A stretch of 64,000 nt of DNA from Bacteroidales bacterium (GTDB lineage Bacteria > Bacteroidota > Bacteroidia > Bacteroidales > UBA12170), in NCBI GenBank assembly GCA_021158405.1, contig JAGGUP010000099.1, forward strand, positions 1,211 to 65,210. Reading direction: 5' to 3'. The position numbers and the translations under genes are program-made. Shown in pieces: positions 1 to 10,171 of the stretch; the first letter of the stretch is position 1; each line of letters opens with the position of its first letter. Below the pieces are notes generated by a model. It ran no database searches, was not told the DNA's origin, and saw only the letters and a program-made list of their open reading frames with translations.

Positions 1-1
1 G

Positions 2-526
2 AACAAAAGAACCTGAAAGCCCCGGAAGAATCATACTACAAGCGGCAATAATTCCACAAATAATTAAGTATAAAAGACCTTCGTTTTGCGTGGCAGGATT
101 TAGAAATGTAATAGTTAAAGCAATAGCTAAACCAATAATAAAAACTACGATTACATCCCAGCTCCATTTGCTTACGGTTTTTCCAACAAAATAAACGGAA
201 GCCAAAATAAGGCCAAAGAAAAAACTCCAGATATAAACGGGATAATGAATAAAAAGAAAATCGAATAAACGTGCGAAACTAAGAATAGATAAAACAACGC
301 CTAAAAATAACGCGATGAGAAAAGCTAAATCGGTATGTTTTGCAAAACCTTTCAAATCGCCTTTCAAAATTAGTCCTAAAGCAGTAAAATCGAAGGATTT
401 AATGCCATCAACTAAACGTTCGAAAATACCCGTAATTAATGCAATTGTACCCCCGGAAACACCTGGAATTACATTGGCTGCACCCATGGCAATTCCTTTT
501 ATAAAAACACCAATTAAATTTTTCAT
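2..526 (-). CDS. DUF368 family membrane protein (putative undecaprenyl-phosphate translocase), 3' end runs off the window
   Basis: Not in the ORF track because it has no stop in the window. ATG at 524-526 reads MKNLIGVFIKGIAMGAANVIPGVSGGTIALITGIFERLV, the DUF368 N-terminal signature. Confidence 0.85.
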   Translation of the reverse strand, partial: MKNLIGVFIKGIAMGAANVIPGVSGGTIALITGIFERLVDGIKSFDFTALGLILKGDLKGFAKHTDLAFLIALFLGVVLSILSFARLFDFLFIHYPVYIWSFFFGLILASVYFVGKTVSKWSWDVIVVFIIGLAIALTITFLNPATQNEGLLYLIICGIIAACSMILPGLSGSFV

Positions 527-606
527 CTATTAAAATATTATATCATTCGAATCAATCTCGAAAATTTATTTTGAGCGCTATTATAAATTGAAAAACGGGA
601 TAATTT

Positions 607-2028
607 TTATTCGTCTTTTAACAAATCAAAACGAATAAGCAATTTATCTAATGCAGGATTACTAAAAGAACTTAATTCGCTTTGCAATAGTGGATTATTG
701 TATTCCCCTTTATCTAAAAGAATTGCAAATTCAAAGTCAATTATTCCTTCTTCTTCTTTACCTTCAAGCAATTGGAAAAGACCTTTAAAATAATATAACA
801 ATGCTTTTTGATTGTCTTTTTTCATTTTATCAATCCCCATTGAAACAATTTTTATGGCATCAGCATAATCATCTTCAATTACAATTAGCAAGGCTTGATT
901 TACATAGTAAGCGGCTTCATCAGGATGAATTTTAATGAGATGATTTGTAAGAAAACGAGCCAATTGCCCATAGCCTTGTTCATGCATACGAACAGCTCTC
1001 AGATTCCAAAAAAGCGGCATAGGTTCTTCAATAACAGTCGCTTTAATTAAATTTTCATAGGCTGATTCTAAATCACCCAGCTTAAAATAAGTCCGCGACA
1101 AACCAATCAAAGCCTCAATAAAACCTGTATTTATTGAAATGGCATGCTTATAATTTTTAAGTGCATCCTCCAGCATTTCATTTTGCTCATAGGCTTCGCC
1201 TAAAAAATAATACGAAATAACATCAGGATCTTCTTTATTTATAGATTCTGTATAATGAATTATTGCTTGCTCAAAATTGCCCTTACTAAAATAAATATTG
1301 GCAATATTAAACCAGGCAGAAGCATATTCTTCATCTATCGCCAACACAAATTCGTAGGCCTCAATGGCTTTCTCACTGTTTCCACTCGAATTGTAAGAAA
1401 TAGCCAGATTAAACCACGCTCCTTTGCTATATGGATATTCATCGATAAAATTGTTAAAAAAAGTGATTGCCTCTTTGGAGCGATCAGCCATTTCATAACA
1501 AAGTCCAATTTCACTTAAAGTTTGATCATTTTCAGGATCCAATTCCAATACCTTCGACAAATATTCCAAAGCCTTGTCGTATTGTTCCAAATTTTCATAT
1601 TCGAAAGCAATATTGGAATAAACTTCTGTTAAATCGTGATTTTGATTTAAAGCGTGCGTAAACTCCTCAATAGCTTCACGGTACTGCTCAAGCTGACTCA
1701 ATATAGAACCTTTGGTCATATAAAAATCAGAATCACCAATATTCCCTAAGTCATCAAGCAATTCCAATCCTTTCTCAGGTTGATCTGACATGGCATAATA
1801 CTGAGCTTTCTTCAAAAGAAACTCATAATTACCCGGGTATTGCTCAAGGGAAAAGCGAATCGCTTTTTTCAAGGATTCCAAACTTCCATTTTCAAAATAA
1901 TAATCAATTATTGCTGATAGTTCATCGATATCAAAAAAAAGTGATTTTCCGGATTCCATCATTCGCTGAAAACGGTCAATCATCTCTTTTAAAATCTCCT
2001 CAGAATAATATTCAAACTCTTCTCCCAT
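607..2028 (-). CDS. Tetratricopeptide-repeat protein
   Basis: 473 aa with many 34-aa TPR-like repeats (e.g. AWFNLAISY...A..AYE, AWFNIANIY). Confidence 0.85.
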   Translation of the reverse strand: MGEEFEYYSEEILKEMIDRFQRMMESGKSLFFDIDELSAIIDYYFENGSLESLKKAIRFSLEQYPGNYEFLLKKAQYYAMSDQPEKGLELLDDLGNIGDSDFYMTKGSILSQLEQYREAIEEFTHALNQNHDLTEVYSNIAFEYENLEQYDKALEYLSKVLELDPENDQTLSEIGLCYEMADRSKEAITFFNNFIDEYPYSKGAWFNLAISYNSSGNSEKAIEAYEFVLAIDEEYASAWFNIANIYFSKGNFEQAIIHYTESINKEDPDVISYYFLGEAYEQNEMLEDALKNYKHAISINTGFIEALIGLSRTYFKLGDLESAYENLIKATVIEEPMPLFWNLRAVRMHEQGYGQLARFLTNHLIKIHPDEAAYYVNQALLIVIEDDYADAIKIVSMGIDKMKKDNQKALLYYFKGLFQLLEGKEEEGIIDFEFAILLDKGEYNNPLLQSELSSFSNPALDKLLIRFDLLKDE

Positions 2029-2096
2029 ATCCTTTCATTATTCTCGTCAAAAGTACATAATTTTTAAAGATTATTGGACAACTATTATTCAAGCAT

Positions 2097-2185
2097 TTAT
2101 GCACAACTTTATGCACAACTTTCAATTGTATTTTGAGGAAAAAAGTTGATAATTACAGTGGCAAATATGGTTTACATATGGATAA
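2097..2185. promoter_or_regulatory. Candidate DnaA-box cluster
   Basis: TTATGCACA at 2097-2105 and 2109-2117 both match TTWTNCACA. Minus-strand TTATCCATA at 2177-2185 has 1 mismatch and TTATCAACT at 2144-2152 has 2. Confidence 0.5.
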
Positions 2186-2253
2186 TACCATATCTTTGCT
2201 TTTTTAAAAAACGCAAGAACTGCTTATTAACGTAAAAGCATAAACAATTAATT

Positions 2254-3645
2254 ATGACCTTGATAAAATCAATTTCAGGTTTCAGAGGAACTATTGGCGG
2301 TGAGCCCGGAGATAATTTAACTCCTCTCGACATAGTCAATTTCGCTACTGCATTTGCTTTCTTTATTAAAAAGGAAAGCAAAAAGGAAAGTCCTACAATT
2401 GTTGTTGGGCGCGACGCTCGATTATCAGGAGAAATGCTCGAAGGCCTTGTGAACAATACATTAATTGCCATGGGAATACAGGTGGTATCACTTGGATTAT
2501 CAACTACGCCTACTGTTGAAATGGCAGTAATTGATTTAGCTGCAGATGGCGGTATCATTTTAACTGCCAGTCACAATCCTAAACAATGGAATGCCCTTAA
2601 ATTAGTGAATGCCAAAGGCGAATTTATTTCAGCCAAAGAAGGCAAATCATTATTAAAACTCATTGAAAATCAAGCATTTGATTATGCTAAAATTGATAAG
2701 ATAGGAAAAATATCGGTTGATAACACACAGATTGACAATCATATAGAAAAGATTCTTGCCTTAGAATTAGTCGATGTTAATGCTATTCGACAGGCCAATT
2801 TTAAAGTAGCACTCGATGCCGTAAATTCAACAGGAGGCATTTCCATTATTCCTCTTCTAAAAGCCTTAGGTGTAGCTGGTATTTTTGATATTTACTGTGA
2901 ACCAACGGGAATATTTCCACACAATCCGGAACCTCTTCCTGAACATTTAAACGATTTGTCTGACTTAGTATTAAGAGAAAAAGCGGATGTTGGTTTTGCA
3001 GTCGATCCGGATGTAGATCGATTAGCCATTGTAAGTGAAAATGGAATTCCTTTTGGCGAAGAATATACTTTGGTAGCAATTGCTGATTATGTATTATCGC
3101 ATAAAACAGGCAATACCGTTTCTAATCTTTCCTCCACCAGAGTTTTACAAAGTATTACTCAAAAGCACAAAGGCCTGTACTCAGCTGCGGCAGTTGGCGA
3201 AGTGAACGTAGTAGAAATGATGAAAAAAACGCACGCAATTATTGGAGGCGAAGGCAATGGAGGCGTAATTTATCCCGAATTGCATTCTGGCCGAGATGCT
3301 TTGGTTGGAATTGCTTTGTTTTTAAGTCTAATGGCAAAACGAAAACAAAAAGTTTCTATGATTCGATCCGGTTTTCCCGATTATTTTATCAGTAAGAACA
3401 AAATCAGTTTAGAAGAAGGAATGGATGTGGATGGTTTCTTATCGAAGATTGCGGAAAAATATAAGTCAGAACGCGTATCGACTATTGATGGTGTTAAGAT
3501 TGATTTTGAAAGTGAATGGGTTCATCTTCGAAAATCAAATACAGAAGCTATTATTCGCATTTATGCCGAAAGCGATAGCTTATCAAAAGCCAATCATTTA
3601 GCAGATAAAATCAAGCTTGATATTGGCGAGTTTATGAATGGATAA
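2254..3645 (+). CDS. glmM: Phosphoglucosamine mutase (alpha-D-phosphohexomutase family)
   Basis: TASHNP phosphoserine loop, DPDVDR metal loop, GGEGNGG sugar loop, Bacteroidota GlmM-type N-terminus MTLIKSISGFRG. Confidence 0.8.
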   Translation: MTLIKSISGFRGTIGGEPGDNLTPLDIVNFATAFAFFIKKESKKESPTIVVGRDARLSGEMLEGLVNNTLIAMGIQVVSLGLSTTPTVEMAVIDLAADGGIILTASHNPKQWNALKLVNAKGEFISAKEGKSLLKLIENQAFDYAKIDKIGKISVDNTQIDNHIEKILALELVDVNAIRQANFKVALDAVNSTGGISIIPLLKALGVAGIFDIYCEPTGIFPHNPEPLPEHLNDLSDLVLREKADVGFAVDPDVDRLAIVSENGIPFGEEYTLVAIADYVLSHKTGNTVSNLSSTRVLQSITQKHKGLYSAAAVGEVNVVEMMKKTHAIIGGEGNGGVIYPELHSGRDALVGIALFLSLMAKRKQKVSMIRSGFPDYFISKNKISLEEGMDVDGFLSKIAEKYKSERVSTIDGVKIDFESEWVHLRKSNTEAIIRIYAESDSLSKANHLADKIKLDIGEFMNG

Positions 3646-3653
3646 GAATTTAA

Positions 3654-4220
3654 ATGGATTTGGTTACTCTCCTCTTGATTGCTCTCGGATTATCGCTAGA
3701 TAGTTTTGCGGTTTCTTTAGCAAATGGCCTTTCTATTAAAAAATTAAATGCCTGGCTAATTTTCAAATCTTCTGCCAATCTTGCTATTTTTCAAGGGATA
3801 ATGCCTGTGCTAGGTTATTATTTAGCCATTGGATTTCAACACATTATTCAAGATTATGACCATTGGATTGCATTTATTTTGCTTGCATTGATTGGATCAA
3901 AAATGATTTATGAAAGCATCTACCAAAAAGAGTCAATAAAGAAGAAAGGAATCCAATTATCAAGATTACGGCTAGTTGGACAAGGTATTAGCACAAGTAT
4001 AGACGCTCTGGCGATTGGCATAAGTTTTGCCTTTTTAGAAATTGAAATTATCACTCCTGCCATCATCATCTTTGCAGTGACTTTTGTTGCAAGTTTAATT
4101 GGTATTCAAATTGGTAAATATTACGGCAACAAACTAGGAAAGAAAATGGAGTTTCTTGGTGGAATTATCCTTATTGGAATTGGAATTAAGATTTTGATTG
4201 AACACCTTTATTTTCAATAG
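3654..4220 (+). CDS. mntP: Manganese efflux pump MntP family
   Basis: Two DUF204 repeats (LSLDSFAVS; TSIDALAIG), hydrophobic 188 aa. Confidence 0.85.
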   Translation: MDLVTLLLIALGLSLDSFAVSLANGLSIKKLNAWLIFKSSANLAIFQGIMPVLGYYLAIGFQHIIQDYDHWIAFILLALIGSKMIYESIYQKESIKKKGIQLSRLRLVGQGISTSIDALAIGISFAFLEIEIITPAIIIFAVTFVASLIGIQIGKYYGNKLGKKMEFLGGIILIGIGIKILIEHLYFQ

Positions 4221-4244
4221 AATACAGTTTTTTCTCTCAAAATT

Positions 4245-4345
4245 TTCATTGATTTTCGCTGATTCTTTTCTGCGTTTATTTGCGCTATCTGTGGGAAATA
4301 ATTTTTATCACTTCGTCAGCTTTTCTCCTTATCCCTTTTCACTTC
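4245..4345. repeat. Degenerate short-period intergenic repeat between convergent mntP and pepD
   Basis: TGCG/TGTG-cored units in tctgcgtttatttgcgctatctgtggg, followed by a pyrimidine-rich periodic tract. Confidence 0.4.
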
Positions 4346-4356
4346 TTCTCTCCAAA

Positions 4357-5811
4357 CTACTTTACCGTTTTCAAAATATCCAAGGTTAAATCCCAAAACA
4401 TTTGAACTGTTTTTATTTCAATTCGCTCATCCGGAGAATGTGCTCCCTTGATCGTTGGACCGTAAGAAACCATATCCATTTTAGGATAAGTCTTACCAAT
4501 TAATCCACATTCCAATCCCGCATGAACAGCCAAAACTTTTGGTTTCTTTTTAAATAATTTTTCATAAGATAAGCTAGAAACCTCCATAATTTTGGACTTT
4601 GGATTGGGTTTCCAACCCGGATAGCCATCACTATGATTAATTTTTGCACCAGCCAATTTAAAAACGGAGGCAACCATGTTCATAACATCACACTTTGCAG
4701 TCTCTGAACTAGAGCGCTGACTTGTAGTAATCAAAATTTGATTATTCAATGTTTTAACGGCCGCCAGATTAGTGGAAGTTTCAACAAAGTTTGGAATATC
4801 CTGTGACCAAGCAATAACACCATGCGGACAAGCATAAAGCGCATTCAACAAACGATTTTGAAGATCCAAACGGAATACTTTTCTACCATTTTTCAATTCA
4901 CGTAATTCAATGTTTAAATTTGGTTCCGTTACATTTAATTCAACTTTTATATCTTTAGTCATTTGAGATATCATCTTCTCAAAATCACCAACATTTCCTT
5001 TAGGAAGACAAAATTCCGCAAAAGCCTCACGAGCTATAGCATTGCGCAGGTTTCCTCCATCAAATAAAGCTAAACGTAAATCGAATTTTTCTGCTCCTTT
5101 ATACAAAATCCGATTGATTACTTTATTGGCATTCCCATATCCTTTTTGAATATCATCGCCAGAGTGACCTCCACGCAAACCATTTACATCAATTCTATAC
5201 CAGCTCCGATGATCCGAAACATCTTCCCATTCCAAGTCGAAAGCCACATTAGTATCTATCCCTCCTGCACAACCAATAAAAAGTTCGCCTTCATCTTCCG
5301 AATCCAGATTTAGCAATAGTTCACTTTTCAGAAAACTGGATTTCAAACCAAAAGCGCCACTCAATCCTGATTCTTCATCAACAGTAAACAAACATTCTAT
5401 TGGGCCGTGATCAATATCATTGGCAGCTAAAATGGCCAATTGAGTTGCAACTCCAATACCATCATCCGCACCAAGAGTAGTTCCAACAGCTTTTACCCAA
5501 CCATCTTCAATTCGAGTTGAAATTGGATCAGTATCAAAATTATGCTCCACATCACTATTTTTTTCGCAAACCATGTCCATATGACTTTGCATAACAAGCC
5601 ACGGATAATGCTCATATCCTTTAGTTGCATTTTTTCTAATGAGGATATTCCCTACTTCATCTTCTAAAGTTTCAAGATTATATTTAGTACCGAAATCCAA
5701 TAAATAAGCTTTTATTTTTTCTTCTTTTTTGGAAGATCTTGGTATTTGACAAATGTCATCAAAAAATCTCCACACTCCCAAAGGTTGTAACTGTCTGATC
5801 GAATCACTCAT
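4357..5811 (-). CDS. pepD: Aminoacyl-histidine dipeptidase (M20)
   Basis: QSHMDMV, LGADDGIG, FTVDEE, NLDSE and HAGLECG metal-binding motifs. Confidence 0.92.
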   Translation of the reverse strand: MSDSIRQLQPLGVWRFFDDICQIPRSSKKEEKIKAYLLDFGTKYNLETLEDEVGNILIRKNATKGYEHYPWLVMQSHMDMVCEKNSDVEHNFDTDPISTRIEDGWVKAVGTTLGADDGIGVATQLAILAANDIDHGPIECLFTVDEESGLSGAFGLKSSFLKSELLLNLDSEDEGELFIGCAGGIDTNVAFDLEWEDVSDHRSWYRIDVNGLRGGHSGDDIQKGYGNANKVINRILYKGAEKFDLRLALFDGGNLRNAIAREAFAEFCLPKGNVGDFEKMISQMTKDIKVELNVTEPNLNIELRELKNGRKVFRLDLQNRLLNALYACPHGVIAWSQDIPNFVETSTNLAAVKTLNNQILITTSQRSSSETAKCDVMNMVASVFKLAGAKINHSDGYPGWKPNPKSKIMEVSSLSYEKLFKKKPKVLAVHAGLECGLIGKTYPKMDMVSYGPTIKGAHSPDERIEIKTVQMFWDLTLDILKTVK

Positions 5812-6053
5812 GAATTAAAATATAGATTTTATGCCTTTAGACAATAATTAATTTCTGTCGAAGATACATATTTTCCATGAATTGCCCTCTCAAAATTGAT
5901 GGAATTATCGTCATTTAGATAAATATTTGAAAGTAAAAAATAGAAAAAATGCCTTTTTAATCAACAGGTTATTCAATAAAATATGTTAAAAACTTTAATT
6001 TGATTTCGTTTTTTTTGTTCTTTCGCGCAACTAACTTTGAAGAAAACATATTT

Positions 6054-7208
6054 ATGGCTTCTTATAAAAAACTTTTATCTATTCTTATAATAGTACTTAT
6101 CAGTCATCCGCTGGGTATGAGTGCGTTATTAATAGATGGAAAGCCATTGACAGAAACAGCTAAAAGTAATGTGTTTCCTGTACCTGAAGAAATTATCAAT
6201 CAAACCCAAACAAAACTTCATAATTCTTTACAAAGATACCACTTCAATGGGACTGCTTTAATTGCTGTTCACGGAAAAATTATTTTTGAAGAAGCACGTG
6301 GAATAGCAAATTTCAACAGCAAAGCTCCTATTCATTTAGAATCAAGCTTTCAATTGGCTTCCGCCAGCAAACCTTTTACAGCATTAAGTGTTATGCTATT
6401 AAAAGAAAGAAATTTACTTCAGTATGATGATACTGTAAAAAATTATTTACCCAATTTCCCCTACCCGAATATAACGATTCGGCATTTACTTAACCATACT
6501 TCAGGACTTCAAAATTATATGTATTTGGTTGATCATTATTGGGTTAATGACAGCAGTCTTTCCAATCAGAAAATGCTCAATTTGATTGTTTCGCATAATT
6601 TACCTTTGAATAATTTTCCGGGCAGACGATTTGAATATTCAAATACAGGATATGCAATACTGGCTCTTCTTGTAGAGAAAATTACTAATCGATATTTTGG
6701 GGATTTTCTTCAAACAGAGATTTTCGACAAATTAGGAATGACTCATAGTTTTGTTTACAATCGAGCCAATTTGGAACAAGATACGAATCAAGTTCTGGGA
6801 TATGCTTCACAAGGGCGAAGAGCGCGACAGTATTTTCACGATGCGAATAACGAAATTTTAGGCGATAAAAGTGTTTATTCAACAGTGGAAGATATTTTTA
6901 AATTTACGAAAGCATTAAATAATTACGAATTAGTAGATAAAGAAACTTTGGAGGAAGCCTATACCAAAGCTATTTTACGAAATAATCGTACTGTAAATTA
7001 TGGTTTTGGTTGGCGCTTTAAAAAAGATGGTGATCATAACTATATTTTTCATAATGGAGCTTGGCATGGTTTTACCTCCACAATTACTTTAGAGCCGGAT
7101 AGTGATATTACACTTGTATTGCTAAACAATACCAACGCCTCCATATCTACCATCAAGAATGACTTGCTTTCCATTGTCAATTCAGAATTAGATTCCTATT
7201 TACAATAA
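6054..7208 (+). CDS. Serine hydrolase, beta-lactamase/AmpC-like family, exported
   Basis: SxxK (SASK), YxN (YSN) and HNG motifs. The signal peptide fits a start at ATG 6054 better than the TTG at 6000. Confidence 0.85.
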   Translation: MASYKKLLSILIIVLISHPLGMSALLIDGKPLTETAKSNVFPVPEEIINQTQTKLHNSLQRYHFNGTALIAVHGKIIFEEARGIANFNSKAPIHLESSFQLASASKPFTALSVMLLKERNLLQYDDTVKNYLPNFPYPNITIRHLLNHTSGLQNYMYLVDHYWVNDSSLSNQKMLNLIVSHNLPLNNFPGRRFEYSNTGYAILALLVEKITNRYFGDFLQTEIFDKLGMTHSFVYNRANLEQDTNQVLGYASQGRRARQYFHDANNEILGDKSVYSTVEDIFKFTKALNNYELVDKETLEEAYTKAILRNNRTVNYGFGWRFKKDGDHNYIFHNGAWHGFTSTITLEPDSDITLVLLNNTNASISTIKNDLLSIVNSELDSYLQ

Positions 7209-7359
7209 GTCCTTTTAACTCTTCGTCTTTCGTTAAAAAAGGGTTAAAAGAAACTAATTAGAAAAATAATTGTAATCATTTTCATATTTTTATGTCTTAT
7301 TTATGAAAACAAAAGATGATTATCATTAGATTTGTAAAGAAATAAAAAATCAGCTCTCT

Positions 7360-8199
7360 ATGAAAGATAAAATAAACAACATCATTCTAGTTCCCACAGA
7401 TTTTTCAGAAGTTTGTGAAAATGCTATAAATCAAGCTGCTGAAGCTGCAAGGTTTTTCAAATATGAATTACATTTGCTCCATGTTATTGATAAAAACACG
7501 AACGCCTACCTTAAAGAAGAAAAATTAGGAATAGATTCTATCTATACACGTTTGCAAGAAATTGCCGATGGATTAATCGCTGAATATGGCATTGAAGTTA
7601 AAATTAAAGCCGAAGATGGTGATATTTTTACTACCATCAATTCTGTTGCACAACATCTTGGCGCCAAACTTGTTTATTTAGGAACACATGGCAAAGTGGG
7701 TATGCAGAAATTAACGGGCAGTTTTGCTTTAAAGGTAATAACTGAATCTCCTGCTCCTGTTATTGTGGTGCAGAAACGTAAATTTAACGAAGGTTTTCGC
7801 AATATTCTATTGCCAATTACGAGCGATGCAGGGCCTTGGGAAAAAACCAATTGGGCCAGCTTTATGGCAAAACAATTGAATGCCAAAATTCATTTATTAA
7901 GCATCCCCGGTAAATCAATCGAGGCAACAACAAAAACACTTACAAAGTATTTTGAAGAGAATAACGTTGAATATACTTCAACTACCGTTGAAAAAGCAGC
8001 AAATTTTTCTCAGCAAGTTATTGATCATGCCACTTCAAACAATTACGATTTAATAATGATTATGACTAATCCGGATACGAGTTGGACAAAATACCTTTTG
8101 GGTTCTTACGACGAAGAAATCATTTTTAACACCTCGCAAATACCTGTAATGTGCATTAATCCAAGGAAATACAACTGGGAAAAAATAATGCAGTATTAG
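7360..8199 (+). CDS. Universal stress protein (tandem Usp domains)
   Basis: ILVPTDFS N-terminus, LGTHG motif, second domain ILLPI...PVMCI. Confidence 0.88.
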   Translation: MKDKINNIILVPTDFSEVCENAINQAAEAARFFKYELHLLHVIDKNTNAYLKEEKLGIDSIYTRLQEIADGLIAEYGIEVKIKAEDGDIFTTINSVAQHLGAKLVYLGTHGKVGMQKLTGSFALKVITESPAPVIVVQKRKFNEGFRNILLPITSDAGPWEKTNWASFMAKQLNAKIHLLSIPGKSIEATTKTLTKYFEENNVEYTSTTVEKAANFSQQVIDHATSNNYDLIMIMTNPDTSWTKYLLGSYDEEIIFNTSQIPVMCINPRKYNWEKIMQY

Positions 8200-8220
8200 A
8201 AATTATCCAATCTTAAAATA

Positions 8221-8250
8221 AACCGGAGTTAATAGTTCCGGTTTTTTTTG
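8221..8250. terminator. Intrinsic terminator, probably bidirectional
   Basis: AACCGGA-gttaatagt-TCCGGTT stem followed by a T run, between convergent usp and wbqC. Confidence 0.75.
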
Positions 8251-8252
8251 AC

Positions 8253-8861
8253 CTATATTTCCACCAAATAAGATTCCGCCTCAGGACCAAGATTAAAAAT
8301 CAGATCCAATATACTTAGATTTTCAAAAAACGGATATTGATCGGAAAATACTTGAATATAGCGTGATAAGCCAAGTGGATGAGCATCCTTTGGAGATAGC
8401 AAGAATCGTTTATCTTCTTGTACAGAAAGTTTATTAGGAAAAACAAATGTTTCTGTACGTTTAACATTTATATCCCACTCCATTAAGCTATTTATCAATT
8501 GAATAATTGCTTCATTCAAATCAAGCAAAAAGGGATGTTTCTTGCTAAAAAATTCTGCCATCTCATCTTGATAATAAAGCAAAAACGGAGATGAATTATA
8601 AGCTGTTTTAATGCTTCGCCAATGCAATTGTTGCCAAGGTTCTTTGTAAGATATTTGTATATCACGTGTGATTGTTTTATTTCCATACGGTTTTATAACC
8701 GGTACTGATAAAGACTGCAAACCATTGGCCGACAGAATGACACACCTATTCCGATAAGTTTGTTTCGGAAAAGTCTCAAACTGTTCCACAAGAGTATTCT
8801 TACTTTGGAACAACCAAGCATAATGCAATATGGGCGGAAAATATGCGGTTGAAACTAGCAT
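8253..8861 (-). CDS. WbqC family protein
   Basis: STAYFPP, KQTYRNRC, AYNSSPF and LSILDLIFNLGPE motifs. Likely start ATG at 8861. Confidence 0.85.
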   Translation of the reverse strand: MLVSTAYFPPILHYAWLFQSKNTLVEQFETFPKQTYRNRCVILSANGLQSLSVPVIKPYGNKTITRDIQISYKEPWQQLHWRSIKTAYNSSPFLLYYQDEMAEFFSKKHPFLLDLNEAIIQLINSLMEWDINVKRTETFVFPNKLSVQEDKRFLLSPKDAHPLGLSRYIQVFSDQYPFFENLSILDLIFNLGPEAESYLVEI

Positions 8862-8942
8862 AGGTCTAAAACGACAAAAATAGGCATAAAAAAAGCACAA
8901 CCCAAGGTCATGCTTTCCTATTTCTTTCCAAAATATATTGTC

Positions 8943-9293
8943 TTATTTCAATAATACATCGTTGATAGCCGAAATCAAGGTTTCTTTTGGTAAAGCACCC
9001 TGAGCCATTTGTGGTTGTCCATCTTTAGGGCAAAACAATAAAGAAGGAATACTTTTAATACCAAATGCACCGGCTAATTCTTGCTGGTCTTCGGTATCAA
9101 CCTTATAAATATTAATCTTTCCCTCATATACTTTGTCTAATTCCTCCAAAATTGGAGCAACCATTTTACAAGGCTGACACCAATCTGCGTAGAAATCAAT
9201 TAAACAAGGAAGTTCGCCTTCGAATTTCCAATCTTTGTTTTCTTCAAAATTAAATACTTTTTCTAAAAATACTGCTTTTGTTAAATGTTCCAT
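8943..9293 (-). CDS. trxA: Thioredoxin
   Basis: DFYADWCQPC active site and cis-Pro loop SIPS. Confidence 0.85.
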   Translation of the reverse strand: MEHLTKAVFLEKVFNFEENKDWKFEGELPCLIDFYADWCQPCKMVAPILEELDKVYEGKINIYKVDTEDQQELAGAFGIKSIPSLLFCPKDGQPQMAQGALPKETLISAINDVLLK

Positions 9294-9332
9294 TTTAATC
9301 TTTTATTAAATAAATTCTATGTTAATTTCTTT

Positions 9333-9848
9333 TTATTCTTCAATTTTTTTGTTTCCTAAAACAAACTCTTCAATAATTTTTTTGTATTGTTCTTCTTGCA
9401 TAGCTCCTGGTTGCATAGCTGGCTTCCCATTTTTAGGAATAAACATTACAGAAGGAATGGATTGAATTCCGAAAACGGAACTTAATTCGCGATTAGCATC
9501 GGTGTCTACTTTGTAAATTATTACTTTTCCGTTGTATTCCTGAGCAAGTTTTTCCATAATAGGTGCTACACGTTTACAAGGACCACACCAATCGGCGTAA
9601 AAATCGATGACAGCAGGCAACTCTCCTTCGTAAATCCATTCCTGAGGATTCTTGTTATAATCCCAAACCAAGGAACGAAAACTTTCCTCATTTAAATAAA
9701 CTACAGATTCCACATCCTCTGTTGCTGTTAAACTCACTGATTTCTCATTATTTTCTTTCGATATGCCTTTTTCAGCGGCATTCGAATTACAAGCTGTAAA
9801 ACCAAGATTTAATGATAGTGCAAGTAATAAGACTCCTAATTTTTTCAT
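9333..9848 (-). CDS. Thioredoxin with N-terminal lipoprotein signal
   Basis: WCGPC active site. MKK, hydrophobic stretch, then lipobox-like FTAC at Cys20. Confidence 0.85.
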   Translation of the reverse strand: MKKLGVLLLALSLNLGFTACNSNAAEKGISKENNEKSVSLTATEDVESVVYLNEESFRSLVWDYNKNPQEWIYEGELPAVIDFYADWCGPCKRVAPIMEKLAQEYNGKVIIYKVDTDANRELSSVFGIQSIPSVMFIPKNGKPAMQPGAMQEEQYKKIIEEFVLGNKKIEE

Positions 9849-9950
9849 TCTTTTTTGTTTATTCGTTTCTTAAAAGCGTGCAAAAGTAATAAATATTTTT
9901 AAATCGCTTTAATATCACTATTCTTTTCAATATTTATGCCAAAAGTATTT

Positions 9951-9960
9951 TATCTTTGCA
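9951..9960 (+). promoter_or_regulatory. Bacteroidota primary-sigma -7 box
   Basis: TATCTTTG(CA) matches TAnnTTTG, upstream of the 10031 and 10171 ORFs. Confidence 0.55.
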
Positions 9961-10030
9961 TACGACACATTGGCAGAATGTAATTTGGCAATTAATTAAC
10001 TTTTGACAATTTAAGATCAAAAAGTAATTT

Positions 10031-10171
10031 ATGAAGGAGTTAAAAAAAACAGCCTTTACAAGTAAATTGATATACAAAGGATTGATACTAATGAACATTC
10101 TAACGAATGCTTATCCAGAAAAATCTCTAGGTATCATTCAGACTGACTGTAAAAAACAAATTGTAATCTGA
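10031..10171 (+). CDS. Possible 46-aa leader ORF coupled to the next gene
   Basis: Reads MKELKKTAFTSKLIYKGLILMNILTNAYPEKSLGIIQTDCKKQIVI. Its TGA (10169-10171) overlaps the ATG at 10171. Confidence 0.3.
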   Translation: MKELKKTAFTSKLIYKGLILMNILTNAYPEKSLGIIQTDCKKQIVI

